A stretch of DNA of 64,000 nt from the human T2T-CHM13v2.0 reference genome, Homo sapiens. The stretch is from the NCBI RefSeq assembly GCF_009914755.1, contig NC_060932.1; one strand, given 5' to 3'. Below are positions 14,741 to 28,628 of the stretch, in pieces (positions within the stretch are counted from its first letter, which is position 1; every line of letters starts with the position of its first letter). The position numbers were made by a program, and so were the translations under genes. Below the pieces are notes generated by a model. That model had not been told where the DNA came from. It ran no database searches and saw nothing but the letters and a program-made list of their open reading frames with translations.

Positions 14741-15477
14741 TAATTATACATTTTTGTCTGTGCACAAAATTTGAAATAAAAAAGAAAAACAATAACAAAA
14801 TGCAGTTTGCTTTCTCAGCCAAGGTGACCTAGTTCACAGATGACAGGAGAGCGACCTTTCTGCAGAGCCCTCTGCGTGCATCACAAGGGTTGCCCCTAGC
14901 CCATCCCCAATCTCTGAAAAGATGCAGACAGAGGGCTGGTCATAATAACCTGCAGCTGGGAGTGATGTGCTCCCAGAGTTCTTCTCCCGGGAAAGCCGGC
15001 ATTGTCAGGAGAATCACATGCAGCCCACAGCTGGCGGGCTTTGTGTTGAATCATGATGCTTTTATAGGAAAGAAAGGGCTGTGATTCACATGTGTCATCG
15101 TTGATGGGAATATTAAGGGCTCCCTTCTCCTGGGGGAAAAATAGAAACCTCTCTCTTTAAATATTGCATTTCTTTCAAAACAAAAAGTCACTTCAGCTCC
15201 TCCCCACTGATTCATTTGAGAGAAAAAGCTGTCAGGCCCCGTATTTGGTTAAGGCAAATCCTTTCTCAGAACAAGATAGTGCTGTGTGTAGGAAAATCAC
15301 CTAACTCTTGTCAGTGTTTATCAGATGTGGAGAGAAAACCTGCTTCTCTCTTTGTCATGTGACCCATCGCTCCTGCTGGCATCGTGCCATCAGCTGAGGG
15401 GTGACTGGGTTTCCCACCCACAACAAGGGTTCAGGTAGGGGCCATGGGCCTGAATTGTAATTCAGTGTTTTGAAACA

Positions 15478-15810
15478 GATAGCACAGTTACTAGAGGCTG
15501 GGAAGGAAGGATGAAGAAGGATTGGTGAATGGGTGCAAATATGCAGTTAGATAGGAGGAATACGTTCTAATGTTTGATAGCACAACAGGTGACTGTAGTT
15601 AACAACAATGTATTATGCATTTCAAAATAGCTAGTAGAGAAGACTTGAAATGCTCCCAACACAAAGAAATGATAAATACTCAAGGTGATGGATTTCCCAA
15701 ATGTCCTGACTTGATCATTACACATTGTGTATATGTTTCCAAATACCTTATGTACCCTGTAAATATGTACAAATACCATGTATCATTTAAAAAATGAAAA
15801 ATATAAAATA
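15478..15810 (+). mobile_element. L1MA 3' end
   Basis: GTTACTAGAGGCTGGGAAGG...ATAGCTAGTAGAGAAGACTTGAAATG...A-rich tail. Confidence 0.85.
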
Positions 15811-17039
15811 GACATCACGAAGTCAGCAGATATCAGAATGGGATCTGAGAGAGATTTTAAAAGAGGCCTTTGTACACAAATCAGATTTCTATTCACCTTA
15901 AGTATGGGCTTCCTTGAAGTCTTAAGGAAAGAAAATGAACCAGACTAGCATTTTTCAGTCCAGAAATCACGGGCTGGCAAATGATCTAAATTCTCTCCAG
16001 TAACTCCAGGAGCAAGGGAGCTGAGAAGAGGATTGGAGGGCCTGAGGCAGAGGGGACTAATATGGATATCAACAGCCTGAGGAGCTGCTACTGGGGACAA
16101 CTTGAGGCACACCAAGGTTACCCTCTACCCTGCCATCCTCAAGTCCCTCTTGGTTTTGGAAACCTCAAGTCTATGAAGCCGATGAAGCCTCCTGAACCAC
16201 CTCAGAGTGGTTGGGTTTACTTTAACAACCAAACCCATCGCCCTGTCCCCAGGGAGCTTAAGACAGAGGCCAAGGTGATTGAAGAAAAAAAAGGAAGGAA
16301 ATAGAATAAAGACAAGAGTCAGCTCAAAAGCTTCCCCTTTCCTGGAATTAATGGCAGCCTCAATTTATTCTCATCTGTATTAAAAATTGTTAAGTAATTA
16401 ATGTGCGCATCTCTTCTGAAGCTGATGTCATGTAAGACACTAGGAAAACTGAGACCTAGTCCTTACTCTCAAAGAGTTCCCGGCTCAGTAGGGGAAGCTG
16501 CTACAGAAACCCGATCTCATCATTCAGTGTTTTAGAAACAGTAACAGTGATAACAGGCTGGTGGGGTGGAGTTGTGTTGAGAAAACAGAGACAGCATCCA
16601 TGGTTCCAGACATCCTGATGATGACAATAATAATAGTTTACATTTATTAAATGCTTACTGTGTACCAGACATTGTGTTTTTTATGGCATATCTTCCCTTT
16701 TCCTTCCAGCAACTCTTTAGAGGAAGCAGTATCATCATCTTCAGGGTCACCTTGATGGCAGAGCCCACTCTACTCTGGTGGCCCTGGGGGTAACAGGCAA
16801 CCCTTCAGGAAGGACTGTCCTTTCACCAACACCACCTATGGCTGACAGCCAGCATGGTTCGTTTCTAGCTGTGCTTGGCCGTGAAGTTCAGCTGATCCTG
16901 CTCTAGCTATTTGGTCTGGTGTTGAGCTTTGAGATGGCCCAGGGAGAGGGAAAGCAGAGACAGAGGTTGAGACCTGAGTAATGAAACGGAGCTGTCAGGG
17001 AGGTGGGGGTGGGAGTGAGAGATTTATGGACAAAGGCAG

Positions 17040-17445
17040 TGGTTTTGGGCTTGAATTGTGTCCTCCCCAAAAGATAAGCTGAAATTCTAACCGCCTGACT
17101 CCCTGCAGGATAAGACCTTATTTAAAAATAAGATTGTTGCAGATGACTTTAGGTCATACTGGAGTAAGTGAGGCTTTTAATCCAATATAGCTGGTGTCCT
17201 CCTAAAAAGAGGAGAAAGACCCACGGAGAGAAGATGACCGCGTGAGAATGAAAGCAGACTGGAGTGATGCAACGACAAGCCAAGGGACACCCAGCATTGC
17301 CTGTTGTTGCCAGATGCTAGGAGAGAGGCATGGAACAGATTCTCCCTCAGAAGGAACCAACCCTGCTGACACCTTGATTTCAGATACCTCCAGAACTAGG
17401 AGGGATCGATTTCTGTTTTAAGTGCCCAGTTTGTGGCCCTAGGAT
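17040..17445 (+). mobile_element. MaLR LTR (MLT1B/C-like)
   Basis: TGAATTGTGTCCTCCCCAAAA...GAAGGAACCAACCCTGCTGACACCTTGATTTC. Confidence 0.85.
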
Positions 17446-17595
17446 GCTAATCATAAACGCTAGCATGAGAAAGGGCTTGGTGTGTCTGAAGAAAGATCAG
17501 AAGGCTGGCATGGCTGGCGGTGCTGAGTGAGAAGATGGGAGGGCCTCCATGACCCCTCTGGCTGGGCTGTGGGCCGCTGTGGCCAGCGTGCCTGT

Positions 17596-17614
17596 CACTG
17601 CCCCCTGGTGGCCA
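17596..17614 (-). promoter_or_regulatory. Strong CTCF core motif
   Basis: Minus strand TGGCCACCAGGGGGCAGTG, near-consensus, in a locally GC-rich patch. Motif only; binding not shown. Confidence 0.7.
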
Positions 17615-19579
17615 CCGTGGGATACTCCGAGCTGCACACTGGCCTTGGGCCAAAGAAAGAACGTTCAGATTGAGTTAAGAGAGCTGGGTTGAGCCTACCC
17701 CTCAATCTATTTCTAGTTAGGTAACTCGCATTGCCACTTTGCTCCTCTGTCACATAGGAGGATGATTATGACATTTGGCCCATCCATCTCTCAGGGTGTG
17801 AGTGGGGAGCAGGGGAAACTGTGTTTGGATGCTTATTGTGAATCATTTCTACCAGGATGTTAGGTGCAATTTCTCCTGTTACTCCACAGTTTCAGCAGAG
17901 ACCCAGAGGGAAAGAAAAATAGCTGCTTATCTATGCAGGACTCATTAAACGATTATAAAATCCATTTTGAGACTTTTAGGTCTTGGTCCTTACCTACCGG
18001 GCGACTACACAAGAAGAGGCTGGGGGGACAGAGCAAGGGACGGGCAGAGGGGAGTTCTTTAGAATGAGAGCTGTTGGAGGGATAAGGCAGGAGCATCTCC
18101 CTGTGCCCTCTTCCTGTCCCCACCACCACCCCACAACAAGCCTCGTGAGATTTTGAGGCTTCAAAACACCCCGTAGAGAGCTTGACAGGTGCACTGGGGA
18201 GTTGCAGGGACAAAGGGACTCATACTTGAGCCACATTTCAAACCCTAAAGGCCGAGCCTGGTTAGAGTGGCCTATGGTGGCAGGATGAAGAGAGGGGGCA
18301 TGCAGTGAGCTGCACTCATAGCCCAGGATGCAGGAGGGTGCTTCCCACGGCTGGATGAGGACCCCACAGAAGAGAGCAGGCACTGAGTTAACTTGAATGG
18401 GACTCTGCCCCAAAGGACCATCTGCAAGGCAAGGTGATCCCAGCAGAGTAACTCAGGGGGGAGTGGACTTCAGAAGCCAGGGGCTGGGGAAGTCATACAT
18501 GACAAAGCTTGAGGAACATCATCGGGGACCTCCAAGGAACCTACAGGAGTCCACATGGGAGAGAGTGAGCATGGGGTGTGTCACGCCCAGGGCACTGATT
18601 CCAGAAAACTCCTGCAGTCATCAAAAACTGCACTGGAGCTTTCTGCTCCTTATCCACATCCCCAAAGTTGGAGGTGCCAGGAAAGTATTTGAGCAAGATA
18701 AGGAAATGGAGAGAAGTCCCCAGTCTTCTCCTTCCCTGTGTTGAGTTTTTGAGCCCATATCGGTTCTGAGTTTTAAAGTGGATGTGGGATTATAGCTTTG
18801 GTAGTCGACCAAACTATCTCAGAGTAGACTGAACTATCCCACAGTTTTATGGGGCCTCATTCTGCCCTATTCTGGACTTTCCAGTATCTGAAAAAGAAGA
18901 CCCTTCATTAATAAAAGGGATGACTGGAAAAGCTATGGGACCTTTCTGAGAATTCATCCAGGCGCAGGGAAAAATAATATGAGAGAAGTTGCTCAAAGAG
19001 GTAGAGGTCAGAAAGAGTCAAGACTTTTTCTGTTGGTACCATTTGGAATATTACTCTCTCAACAAAGAAGTGTGGTTAGGTAAATGTTAGCCTTGGAACC
19101 TTCTTTCCCAGAAATAAAAGGATCAACAGGGCCCACTCTCCTTATTGTATAGCCCAGTGAATATTTACTTAAGGGAACTAGCCCAGTGAGTATTTACTTA
19201 AGGGAAATGTTTTAAACAGTTATCAAATATGGAGTATTAGAAGCCATTGTTCTCTTTCATTAATTTTATTTAGATTGAATCCTGATTTAGCAATAAAAAT
19301 GCACGTCTCCACTTAAGAAATGCTATTTGCCTTCAAAGAAGGAAATGAGACTTTCTTAAATTGTGCTTTGCTATGATGTTGTTGAATTGAGATGATTGGA
19401 AGAGATTATGATTAAGATATCAGTGTCATATGTCATATAGGTTTGTAGGCACTTTGAAATGAATAGGAATGCATTAAGTCATAAAATATTATTAGAACAG
19501 CTGTATAGTTTACAAACAATCTGATGCATACTGAGTACCACAAATTCTGGTGCTTGAGTCTCATACATACTGCTGTTGG

Positions 19580-20100
19580 CATTTGTCAGAAATTCTTTGG
19601 CTAAGAGTAAAAGGAACCCAATTTAAATTAGCTTGAGCTGAAAAAGAATACATTGGTTCATATAATTGGGAAGTGTCTAGGGGTGAATTTGCTTTCAGAG
19701 ATGGCTGAATATAGGGCTGCCTCTCTGTGTCTCAGCTCTGCTATTTATGTTTCCCTTCATTTCAACAAACTTTCCTCTTAGGTGGGCAAGATGTCTCTTG
19801 GTCCTTTCTGACTCCCATGTTCCCTTCTTCCCAGCTCAGCAAACACAGTAGAAGGGAGGCTTGTTTCAGCAGAGTCCACAGAGCTATAAATCCCAGAGGC
19901 AATTCCACCCCTGAACCAACCTCTTTGGCCAAGAGATGGGAAGCCCTTATTGGCCAGCTTGGGTGATGTGGCCATCTCTGCAGTGGGAAGCTGGTGCACA
20001 ATGATCTACAGTCCTATTAGGACCTCACAGAATGGGCAAAGATCCCTAAGGGGAACCAGCAGAAGGGGATGGAATAGAGTGCTACCTCAGCCAATACAAG
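19580..20100 (-). mobile_element. Old MaLR LTR (MLT1J/L-like)
   Basis: TGTCAGAAATTCTTTGG...ATTGGTTCATATAATTGGGAAGT...ATTGGCCAGCTTGGGTGATGTG. Confidence 0.5.
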
Positions 20101-20479
20101 CCCATTTTTCCCTTTATTCACAGAATTGGCACTTTCTTGCCTGGAATTGGAATTGAAATGGCATCCCTTCACTGTGAGCCACTATTCTTCCCATCCACTG
20201 AGTTAGTCTGCCTGTCTGAGACCAAATCATGCAACTACTGGCCTAGAGAAAGAAACTACTTCGAGTATGTGTAGTTTTCTCCCCAAAGCACCAGGGTTTT
20301 ATTTTTTAACCCATCTATCCATTTGTTTATTAATTATGTGCATACATTTGCATTTGGAGAGGATTCAAGGCATCTTATAACAGCACAAATATGATATAAT
20401 CAGTAAGATGAGGGCTAAAAACAGCAAATACCAAGTAAGAAGGGCATCAGGGAGATGATTGTCTAAAAGAGTCTGAGCT

Positions 20480-21410
20480 AAACATGGCAACTTGCAGTTC
20501 TGCTTTTGATACTGGCAAAAGAAGCTCTCGTTAGACCAACCCTCCCACAAATTGTACCTATAAACTCTGGACAATCAATACTTGGAAGATGGAAATAGCA
20601 TGGGGTGAGTTGTTTTTTTTTTTTGTTTTCATGGCGTCTCAGCTAAAGGCAGGCCTCATTGTACCACATGGCAGATAGCTAAAATGCCAATCCAAAAGCT
20701 ACAATCCTTCTGGCCTGAAGAATCAGATGATAACATTCAGGGCAACCACAACTGGAAAGTGAAAGAGGGGAAATCCAGACATGGAAAGAGCCAGAGAGCC
20801 CCAAATTCCTTATATTTTGGCCGACTCTCTGACTGACCATTAAATCATGCATACATAGTGCAAATTTCAAGCAACCCAGTGAACTGAGATTTGAGCCGCA
20901 CCCTGAGAGGCAGAGTTTGCAGTTGGAATCCAACCAAGTTAATTCCCTGCTAAAAGAAAATCAACCTTCACTGGAGGAGTATGGCAGAATCCAGACTCTG
21001 CACAGCCCAGCATTCACAATGTCCATGATACCATCCCAAATAAGTCAACACACTAAGAAATAGGAAAATGTGCCACATTCTCAAGAAAAAAAGATAATTA
21101 GTGGAGATTGATTTGGATGTGACCCAGATGTTGGAATGAGCAGACTCATAAAAGCTTAAAATAATTTTCAAAGCAGGTATTATAATTGCGCTAAATGATA
21201 CAAAAGAAAATATGTTGTGATGACTTACAAAAGAGGAAATCTCAGCAGAGAAATAGAACAATAAAAAGAACCAAATGAAAATTATAGAACTGAAACAAAT
21301 ATATACTTGAAATAAATTAAGTCATTAATGGGCTTCATAGCAAAATGGAGATGAAAAGAGGGAAAAGTCTGAATTTAAAGATAGTCTAGTAAAAGTTATC
21401 CTATCTGAAG
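20480..21410 (+). mobile_element. Old L1M 5'UTR/ORF1 fragment
   Basis: A-rich; GACCCAGATGTTGGAAT...GGAAATCTCAGCAGAGAAATAGAA...AAAAGAACCAAATGAAAATT, typical of L1M ORF1 decay. Confidence 0.7.
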
Positions 21411-21539
21411 GTAGGTACTTTCACTTAGCAAAGTGTAGCCCTAAGTTTACTGTCCACCAAAGCACAGAGGGAAACCAGGTGGGTTGTCAACTGAGTTGCT
21501 CACCTGAAGAGTTGTGACATTATGTTTAAGGGGCTCTAA

Positions 21540-22128
21540 CAGCCAGCACTCGCATATCCTGAGACACACCTTGGGCCAATTACTAATCTCTTTTCCCTCC
21601 ACTCCAACACCCTCCTATTCTCTGCTCTGTGATGCTGGGGTGGATATTCTGCAAACTGCATTTCTTTTTTGCCAGCTAATTCTTTGTTAGGTTCTGGCAC
21701 TTGGGCAATAGAGGGAAACTGGAAGACTGAAGGACAGAGAAGGGACCTCCTTTCTATTTGTTTGTCACTCTGTTTGCATTTCCCCTGTAGCCCCCTTCCC
21801 TACAGCTGTAAGTGGTCTGGTCTCCGGTTTGTTCCAACACGCTCCCTCCAGAGGTACCAGCACCTGCTGGGCAGTGCAGTGTCTTCTTCTTAGAGGTCTG
21901 TTGTGCCATTTGTATGGGTCCGTTTTTTAAGCATTTAATTTCTGACAACTTCAAACTCTTTTCTTTGTTCCCGCAACCTTAGAAATGATAGCTGCTTCCT
22001 GCATTTACGATCTCTGTGTAATCTCAGTTTTTCTTTTGAAATTTTCAGTCCTCTAATTCTTATTTTAAATTTTCTGTTAAAACAACTCCTGGGGTTTCTA
22101 TTTTCCTGACTTACCCCCAACTGATCTA
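21540..22128 (+). mobile_element. ERVL LTR (LTR33-like)
   Basis: CTCTGCTCTGTGATGCTGGGG...CTGCAAACTGCATTTC...GGTTTCTATTTTCCTGAC...CTGAT. Confidence 0.55.
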
Positions 22129-23084
22129 TATCCCTTTTTATTGACTGATGTAGATCTCTGATTACCATATGTAGGGCTGGCAGTGGAAAAAATTGTGAAG
22201 AACGAAGTTTGTTCTTGGATCCAAGATACCTCCTTTCAGAGCTCTGATGCCCAGATATCCACCACAATTATGCAATGTCCCAGGCTCCTGCCAGCCCTAG
22301 ACCCCTTCCATTCCATCACTCATACCCCTAGGGACTGCATTCTGATAGGTAGCAATAAGTGATCATGGATTTTGGTGAGATAAACTAGTTCCCTAATATG
22401 CAAGCTAAAGTGTTTCCCTCCCATATAACCTACTTCCTTGGCTTAGATAAACATACTTCTTAGAAAGGCCTTAATGGAATGTCAAAAATGGAGGAAATCT
22501 CAGATGTAGTAGCTAACCCATGGTTTTCATGCAGTAGACATAGAAATAGCCATCTCCTCTGTTCACGTGTAGAAACATGAGTGCTTGGATATTCCTTCTT
22601 CTTTTGACACCTTTTTATCTGGGCCACTGGGAAAGTTAAAGGAGCTCAGCCATGAAAAAAGAAACAAAACAAAACAAAACAACAACAACAAAAACAAACC
22701 CTAGAGTTTCACAGACACTATTTGTTAGAAATACAGCAAATTATTTTTAGCTGGTTACAGATAAATTAGTTTAATTTTCTCAAGTAGTCAGTTGAAATAA
22801 AATGTTCTAAACTTTGCTTTGAGTAATTGAATGTAATTTGAATTAGGGGTTGTGTGTAACTCTTGTATGTTTGATAATCAACAACTATCCCCACTTCTTT
22901 CTGTAGAAAAGAAAGGATTTTATTTTCTGTGACTTTCAGATCACATGCCTTATGTATATTTCCATGCTCAGAAATATCCTCCTAACCCTGCAATTTAACC
23001 AACAAATCCAATGCTTTAAGATACTTCGAGATAATACAAGCAAGTCACAAGGCATATGGCTCAGTAAATGGTAACTATAATAAC

Positions 23085-23575
23085 ACTGTGTCCTATTGTA
23101 TTTTCCAAAAATGGTCTTAACAATCTTTTCCTCCCCACATATTCTTTTGAAACCTTGCCACATCTCCATCAAGAAGGGGAATCTATGTCCCCTCCCCTTG
23201 AAACTGGATGGGCTTTTGTGACTGTCTTCCCTGGTAGAGCAGGAAGAAAGTGATATCTGAGACTTCTGATGCTAGGGCATCGAAGGTGATATTGTGCCTG
23301 CCTTCGCGCTGGACAGTCTTCATTGCAAAATGACATAGAGATAGAGAGGGTTGCTGGAGGAACCGGTGGTTCCAGCCATCAGCTATTTGAGGCTTCTCAT
23401 CCTAGGTGCAGACACACCAGTGACCCTTCAGAGAATTCTAGCCCCAGTCACCATCTGACCGTACCTGCATGAGAGACAGAACCCCTAGACTCATGAGGTA
23501 ATAATAAATTATTGTTATTGTTTGAAGCCATGAAGTTTTGGGCTGATTTGTTATGCAGCACTGGCTAATGGATAC
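23085..23575 (+). mobile_element. MaLR LTR (MLT1F/G-like)
   Basis: ATTGTATTTTCCAAAAATGG...CCCCTTGAAACTGG...GATTTGTTATGCAGCA...GATACA. Confidence 0.7.
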
Positions 23576-24120
23576 AATATTTAATGTTTGGCAGGTATTG
23601 ATGATGAGTCACTTACTATGCTAAATGCTTTGCAGGGATTACCTCATTTAATTCTGATTATCCCAGAGATAAGCATTTTTATCCACCCTGAGAGAAGTTA
23701 AGTGATCTGTCCAATGTCACACAACAGTCAATCTGATATTTCAATCCAGACAGTCAGACTCTAGAGCTCCGAGCATGCAAATACTAAGCCCTACCACATG
23801 TAGCGCTCCCCATATTCACTGCTTTTCTGCTGGGTAACAGCATCCCCTCTGACCCTGGCACACCCATTGCTCTGTCCTCCAGCAGCACAGAAGCATGGTG
23901 GGTGAGCAGACAGGTGCCAGCAAGGCCATATGGATCCAGCCAATGCTGAACCGCAATATTATCATTTTATTCCTTTGGCTTTAAGACTATGTGTTGTGTT
24001 TTTTAACTGGTGGTGACAGTGGTGGATGGAGACATGCTATGTCATATTGCCCGTTTGCACTTGATGAGTTTGTAGGATGTCTTCCTATTGGAAGGTTTTA
24101 ATGACATCTGGGGACAGGAG

Positions 24121-24227
24121 AGGGAAAGAAAAAGAAAGAAAGAAGAAAAAAGAGAGGGAGGGAAGGAGGGAGGGAGGGAAGGAGGGAGGAAGGAAGGAAG
24201 GAAGGAAGGAAGGAAGGAAGGAAGGAA
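24121..24227 (+). repeat. Polypurine tract with 10 consecutive GGAA units (24188-24227)
   Basis: Counted directly. Confidence 0.9.
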
Positions 24228-24313
24228 AATAGTGAAAACATGGAACAGACACCCAGAAGGGAAAGGGTTTGGAGGAGGTCGAGGTGCCAGAGGCAAGCAT
24301 TCATTTGTGTAAG

Positions 24314-24810
24314 ATTCATTCATTCATTCATTCATTCATTCATCGTCATTCAAACATTGTGTTGAATGTCCACTGTATGCTGTGCCCTGCGTGGAATGCT
24401 AATGATGGATCTACCCTCTAGCAAAAGGTAAGTCCTACCCTAGTTCATTCGTACAAATAGAGGTGCACACAATGTATCATGGGAGCACTTATTCCTCAAC
24501 AGGCAGATGGATCAGAAAAGGATTCCTAGAAGAGGCGACAGCTGAGCTGAGGCTTAAAGGATAACACAGTTAACCAGGCCACAGGTGGTGAGTGTCAGGC
24601 CAGGAAACAGCACGAGCAAGGGCATGGGATACGGCGCATGGGAGCAGGAGCACTTTTGAGCTGTTGGAGGTAAAATGCAAGTTAGGAAGCACTGAGAGAT
24701 GAGCCTGGCTTAGAGGTGGCAGCGAGGGCCTTGGTGGTCATTGTCAGAGTTGGAGTTTTGTCTTGTGAGTGATGCGGAGCCACTGAAGGGTCTTCAGGGG
24801 ACTGTGAGAG
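24314..24810 (-). mobile_element. L2 3' end with (ATTC)n tail
   Basis: (ATTC)n followed by reversed L2 3' sequence. Confidence 0.7.
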
Positions 24811-25131
24811 ACCATACATCACCAGGTCTTCCTCTTTCTTCTGCCAAACTCTGCCCAGGAGGATTTGGTGTCTAAATCCTGCATATTGAAGACCAACCCT
24901 TAAAATGAAATTTGTTCAAATTCCAGTGGCAAAATCAGAGAGGAAAATGTTCTATCAGAGAGAGGAAATATTTCCCACCATGTCTGCAGCCCTTAATCCG
25001 TGAGGTCAACATGCCCAGCTGCATGGTCTTCTGGCAGAAGTGTTATTGCAGTCATCCACAGCATGCTTCTAGGGGCAGGACTTAATTGAATTTAACAGCA
25101 GCTAAATGCTCAGCTAAAAAGAGAAGTTATG

Positions 25132-25430
<299 letters not shown>

Positions 25431-27099
25431 TTATGGAAAACTGTGATGCTGCAGTGAAATGAAATCAGGCTGCTATGTGTCAGGCTGCGATGTGGGGCCC
25501 TGTGTCCTGAGTCACACACCAAAACAGGAAATCCCCTATTCTCATCTTGAAAAATTTATTAGTAAAATAAAGTAAATAAGACCAAGAAAAATAAGGCTGC
25601 TATTATTTGAATCATTTAGTGAAAAAGAAAAGCTTTCTAGAACCAACAGAACATGGTAATGAACACTCTGCCCCCATACTTATCAGTCTGTATTGGCATT
25701 TTCTGTGTAACATACCTTTCTTTCCTACTAGAAACAGTTTCTCTAGTTCAGGATCTATGTCTTATTTATCAACTCCCAAAACTGTCCCTTCTTTGAATTC
25801 CTTTGATACTTAATACCCAAGTCACTCATTTGGCATTTATGTTACCTTGTATGGTCTATTGTATTTCTATTCTGTTTATACATAGTGACTCTTGAACTAG
25901 ACTATAAACTCCTTCGAGGTAGAAGTCTTGCTTTGAACATTTTGTGTCCCCATTTGTTATTTGTTGAAAACAAGGCATGCCAAGGAAGGTGCTAAGGGCT
26001 GGATATGGGATAAGAGACCCTGGTCTACCTTTGGGGATTCACAATCTGGGGAATTTCCTCAGGCAGGGCACAAAACCTATGAGACAATCCTGCTTTCCTG
26101 CTGAACTTGGACCTGGGACAGGGTGGGGATGGGTGAGGCTGGAGCTGCTGCAGCAGCGTGCCTCCAATGCCTATAAATTTCCTGTTGGCTCTCATCCGTC
26201 TGGGCTGAATTTTCTATCAACCAATAGAAAATACAGACAGGTATTATGAAAGAGGGTGTTAGGAAATCCCATGCAATTATTATACATGTCACAAATGTGT
26301 GGGTGCATATGCACCTGTGAGTGTGTGACAGACAGAGAGGGAGGAAGAGCACTAGGAGGAAATGCCATCTGAACTGAATCTTGAAAGACAAACGGGAGTT
26401 AACGAAAGATGTTCCTGAGAGAGTGGCAGGTCTGTGCTTGCATCCTGATGTCAGAGTCAGATAAACTCCAGAAGCCTCAGGGCCTCTGCACTCTATCCCA
26501 GTGCTTCCCCAAACTCCTGTTGAGGGCAGACTCTTTTAGAATATGTTAACGAATGGATGTGCAGAAGAAAACTATCTTCTGAGAACAAAATTGCTCTAGT
26601 TTCTGCATTGCTGGTTTTCTCTGAACCTTTAATATGCTGATAGGCACTCAACAACAGAATCCTTTGTTGGCAGAGCACAAATTACCCTCTGTCTGTTGAA
26701 CAGTTTCAGAAAGTTTATGAAGCACTTTTCAATGAGGTGTGGAGTAATAAATGATTCAGCAACACTTAAGTCCTGCCACCCTAGGCCTAACTGGTTACAC
26801 TGTCATGAAAATTTACAAATTACATGGTACCAAAGACAATATAAACACAATCTATTGGGTAAACAATTGCATGATGGATTACTGTAGACTTATCAATAGT
26901 TATGGCATAATTCAGTCTTTATTTTTGCATATGAAAGGCTCTCACGCAAGCATTTTTCTGTAGCTCATTGGAATACAGTACAGATGGCCTGGATCAGTGC
27001 AATGTGCAACAAGAGGACTATATCGTCTCAGTAAAAACCTTGAAGAGATGAACCCATTTCAGAGACCCAGCAAGGGATCACCTGCATATACAGGCATCA

Positions 27100-28240
27100 G
27101 CAGAAACAGGAATTTGGGATTTATCCTGGAGGTAGTGGAAGCTTTTGGAGGTCTTAACCAGGTGAATGCAATGATTGGGTATATTTTAGAAAGCTCATTC
27201 ACAGGGAGAGAGGACTTGAAGCGGGGTTGTTACTAGAGACAAAGAAACTAGTTAGGAAGTTATTTCAGGTAATGAGGGAGACATAATTTAGGGGCTAAAC
27301 CAAGGAAGTGACAATAGGAATGGAGAGAAGGCACAGCTTGCGAAGCATTTAGGTGGTAGAACTGATTGACTCAGCTCTGAGGCAGCTGTGGGGGTGAGAA
27401 GCTGGGGTGGGTGAGGGTGGGAAGAGGGTGGGGAGGGTTGGAGGAGTCAAGAATGAACCATGACTTCTGGTTCGTGCAACAGAGTGAAGAGCTGAGGCCC
27501 CATGGTTTCCAGGCAGCCTGTGCCAGTGAGAGAAATGCAGAATAGAGTTTGATTTGAACTCTGGCTCTGTCAACGACTTGGTACTATGGCCTTGTGCAAG
27601 CAAGTTAACGTCTCCAAGCCTTACTTTTATCTTTTGTAAAATGGGACGATGATACCCCGCTCTTGCATGTGTGAAATAACTAACACATAGTCTGTGCTTC
27701 AGAAGTGAAGTCACTGCTACTCAGAGAACACAGAAGGAGAAGCAGTTTACAGAGAAAGATGAGTTTCATTTCAGAAACACTGCACTTGAGGTGGCTTGGA
27801 CAGCCATGTGGAGGTGTCCAGTAAGGCATTAGATATATAGGTATGGAACTCAGGAGAAAGATCTGGGCTGGAGAGAGTTCTAGGGGCCACTGACTTTTTG
27901 ATATTAGGCCAAGGCAAGGAGGTAAATGAGAACAACCAGAGAGAGTGTGGAGAGGGAGAGAAATGCAGGCCCTAACGGACGGCCTTGGGAGCATCACCAT
28001 TCAACAGCTGAGGAAAGGAAGCAGAGCCGGCAAGGGAGATGTTCTGGAGCCTGCAGGGCTGTGCAGTCAGAAGGAGGCGCAAACCAGAATCTGAAGACGC
28101 AGGTTTGAGTCTCAGCTCCCTTGCTGACTAGCTGTGTGATCCTCGCAATTCAGGTAACCTCTGTAAGCTTGTCTTCTCATTCGTCAAATGGGAATGCTGC
28201 TGATAATGTCTACTTCCTGGAGACTTTGGTGAGCTAAGGT
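27100..28240. mobile_element. L2 (minus) with nested or adjacent MIR fragments (~27510-27690, ~28070-28240)
   Basis: L2-like GGAGTCAAGAATGA...GGAACTCAGGAGAAAGATCTGGGCTGGAG; MIR cores GCAAGTTAACGTCTCCAAGCC and CTAGCTGTGTGATCCT. Confidence 0.6.
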
Positions 28241-28628
28241 GTATAATTTTTTTTTTTAAGCTAGAGAGCCTTATAAGTGGTTCCATGTGGTCATTTTTTC
28301 CCCCTAGACTGAATCGGCTTACATCTAAAAGCAAGGTCACTTTAAGAGGGTCTCTGTGACTCTGGCCTTGCTTGCTCAGCAGGAATTCCAGCCTGCTCAA
28401 ATTCCTCTAGGCAGCTCTGGGATCCCTGGGCAGGAGGTACAGTACCTGATGCCTGAGTGCCCCAAACCCCTTCCGAGGAAACGGGGCCTTAAGCACAGGC
28501 CCTCACGTTGTCCCACTTGACTTCACCACCCTGGCTACACCTGGTGGGAATTGGGATGGGCCCTGTTCCCAGGGGAGCTGACCAGCTGACCAGCCGACCA
28601 GCCAGCAGCTCCCCACGTCTGCCCGGGG

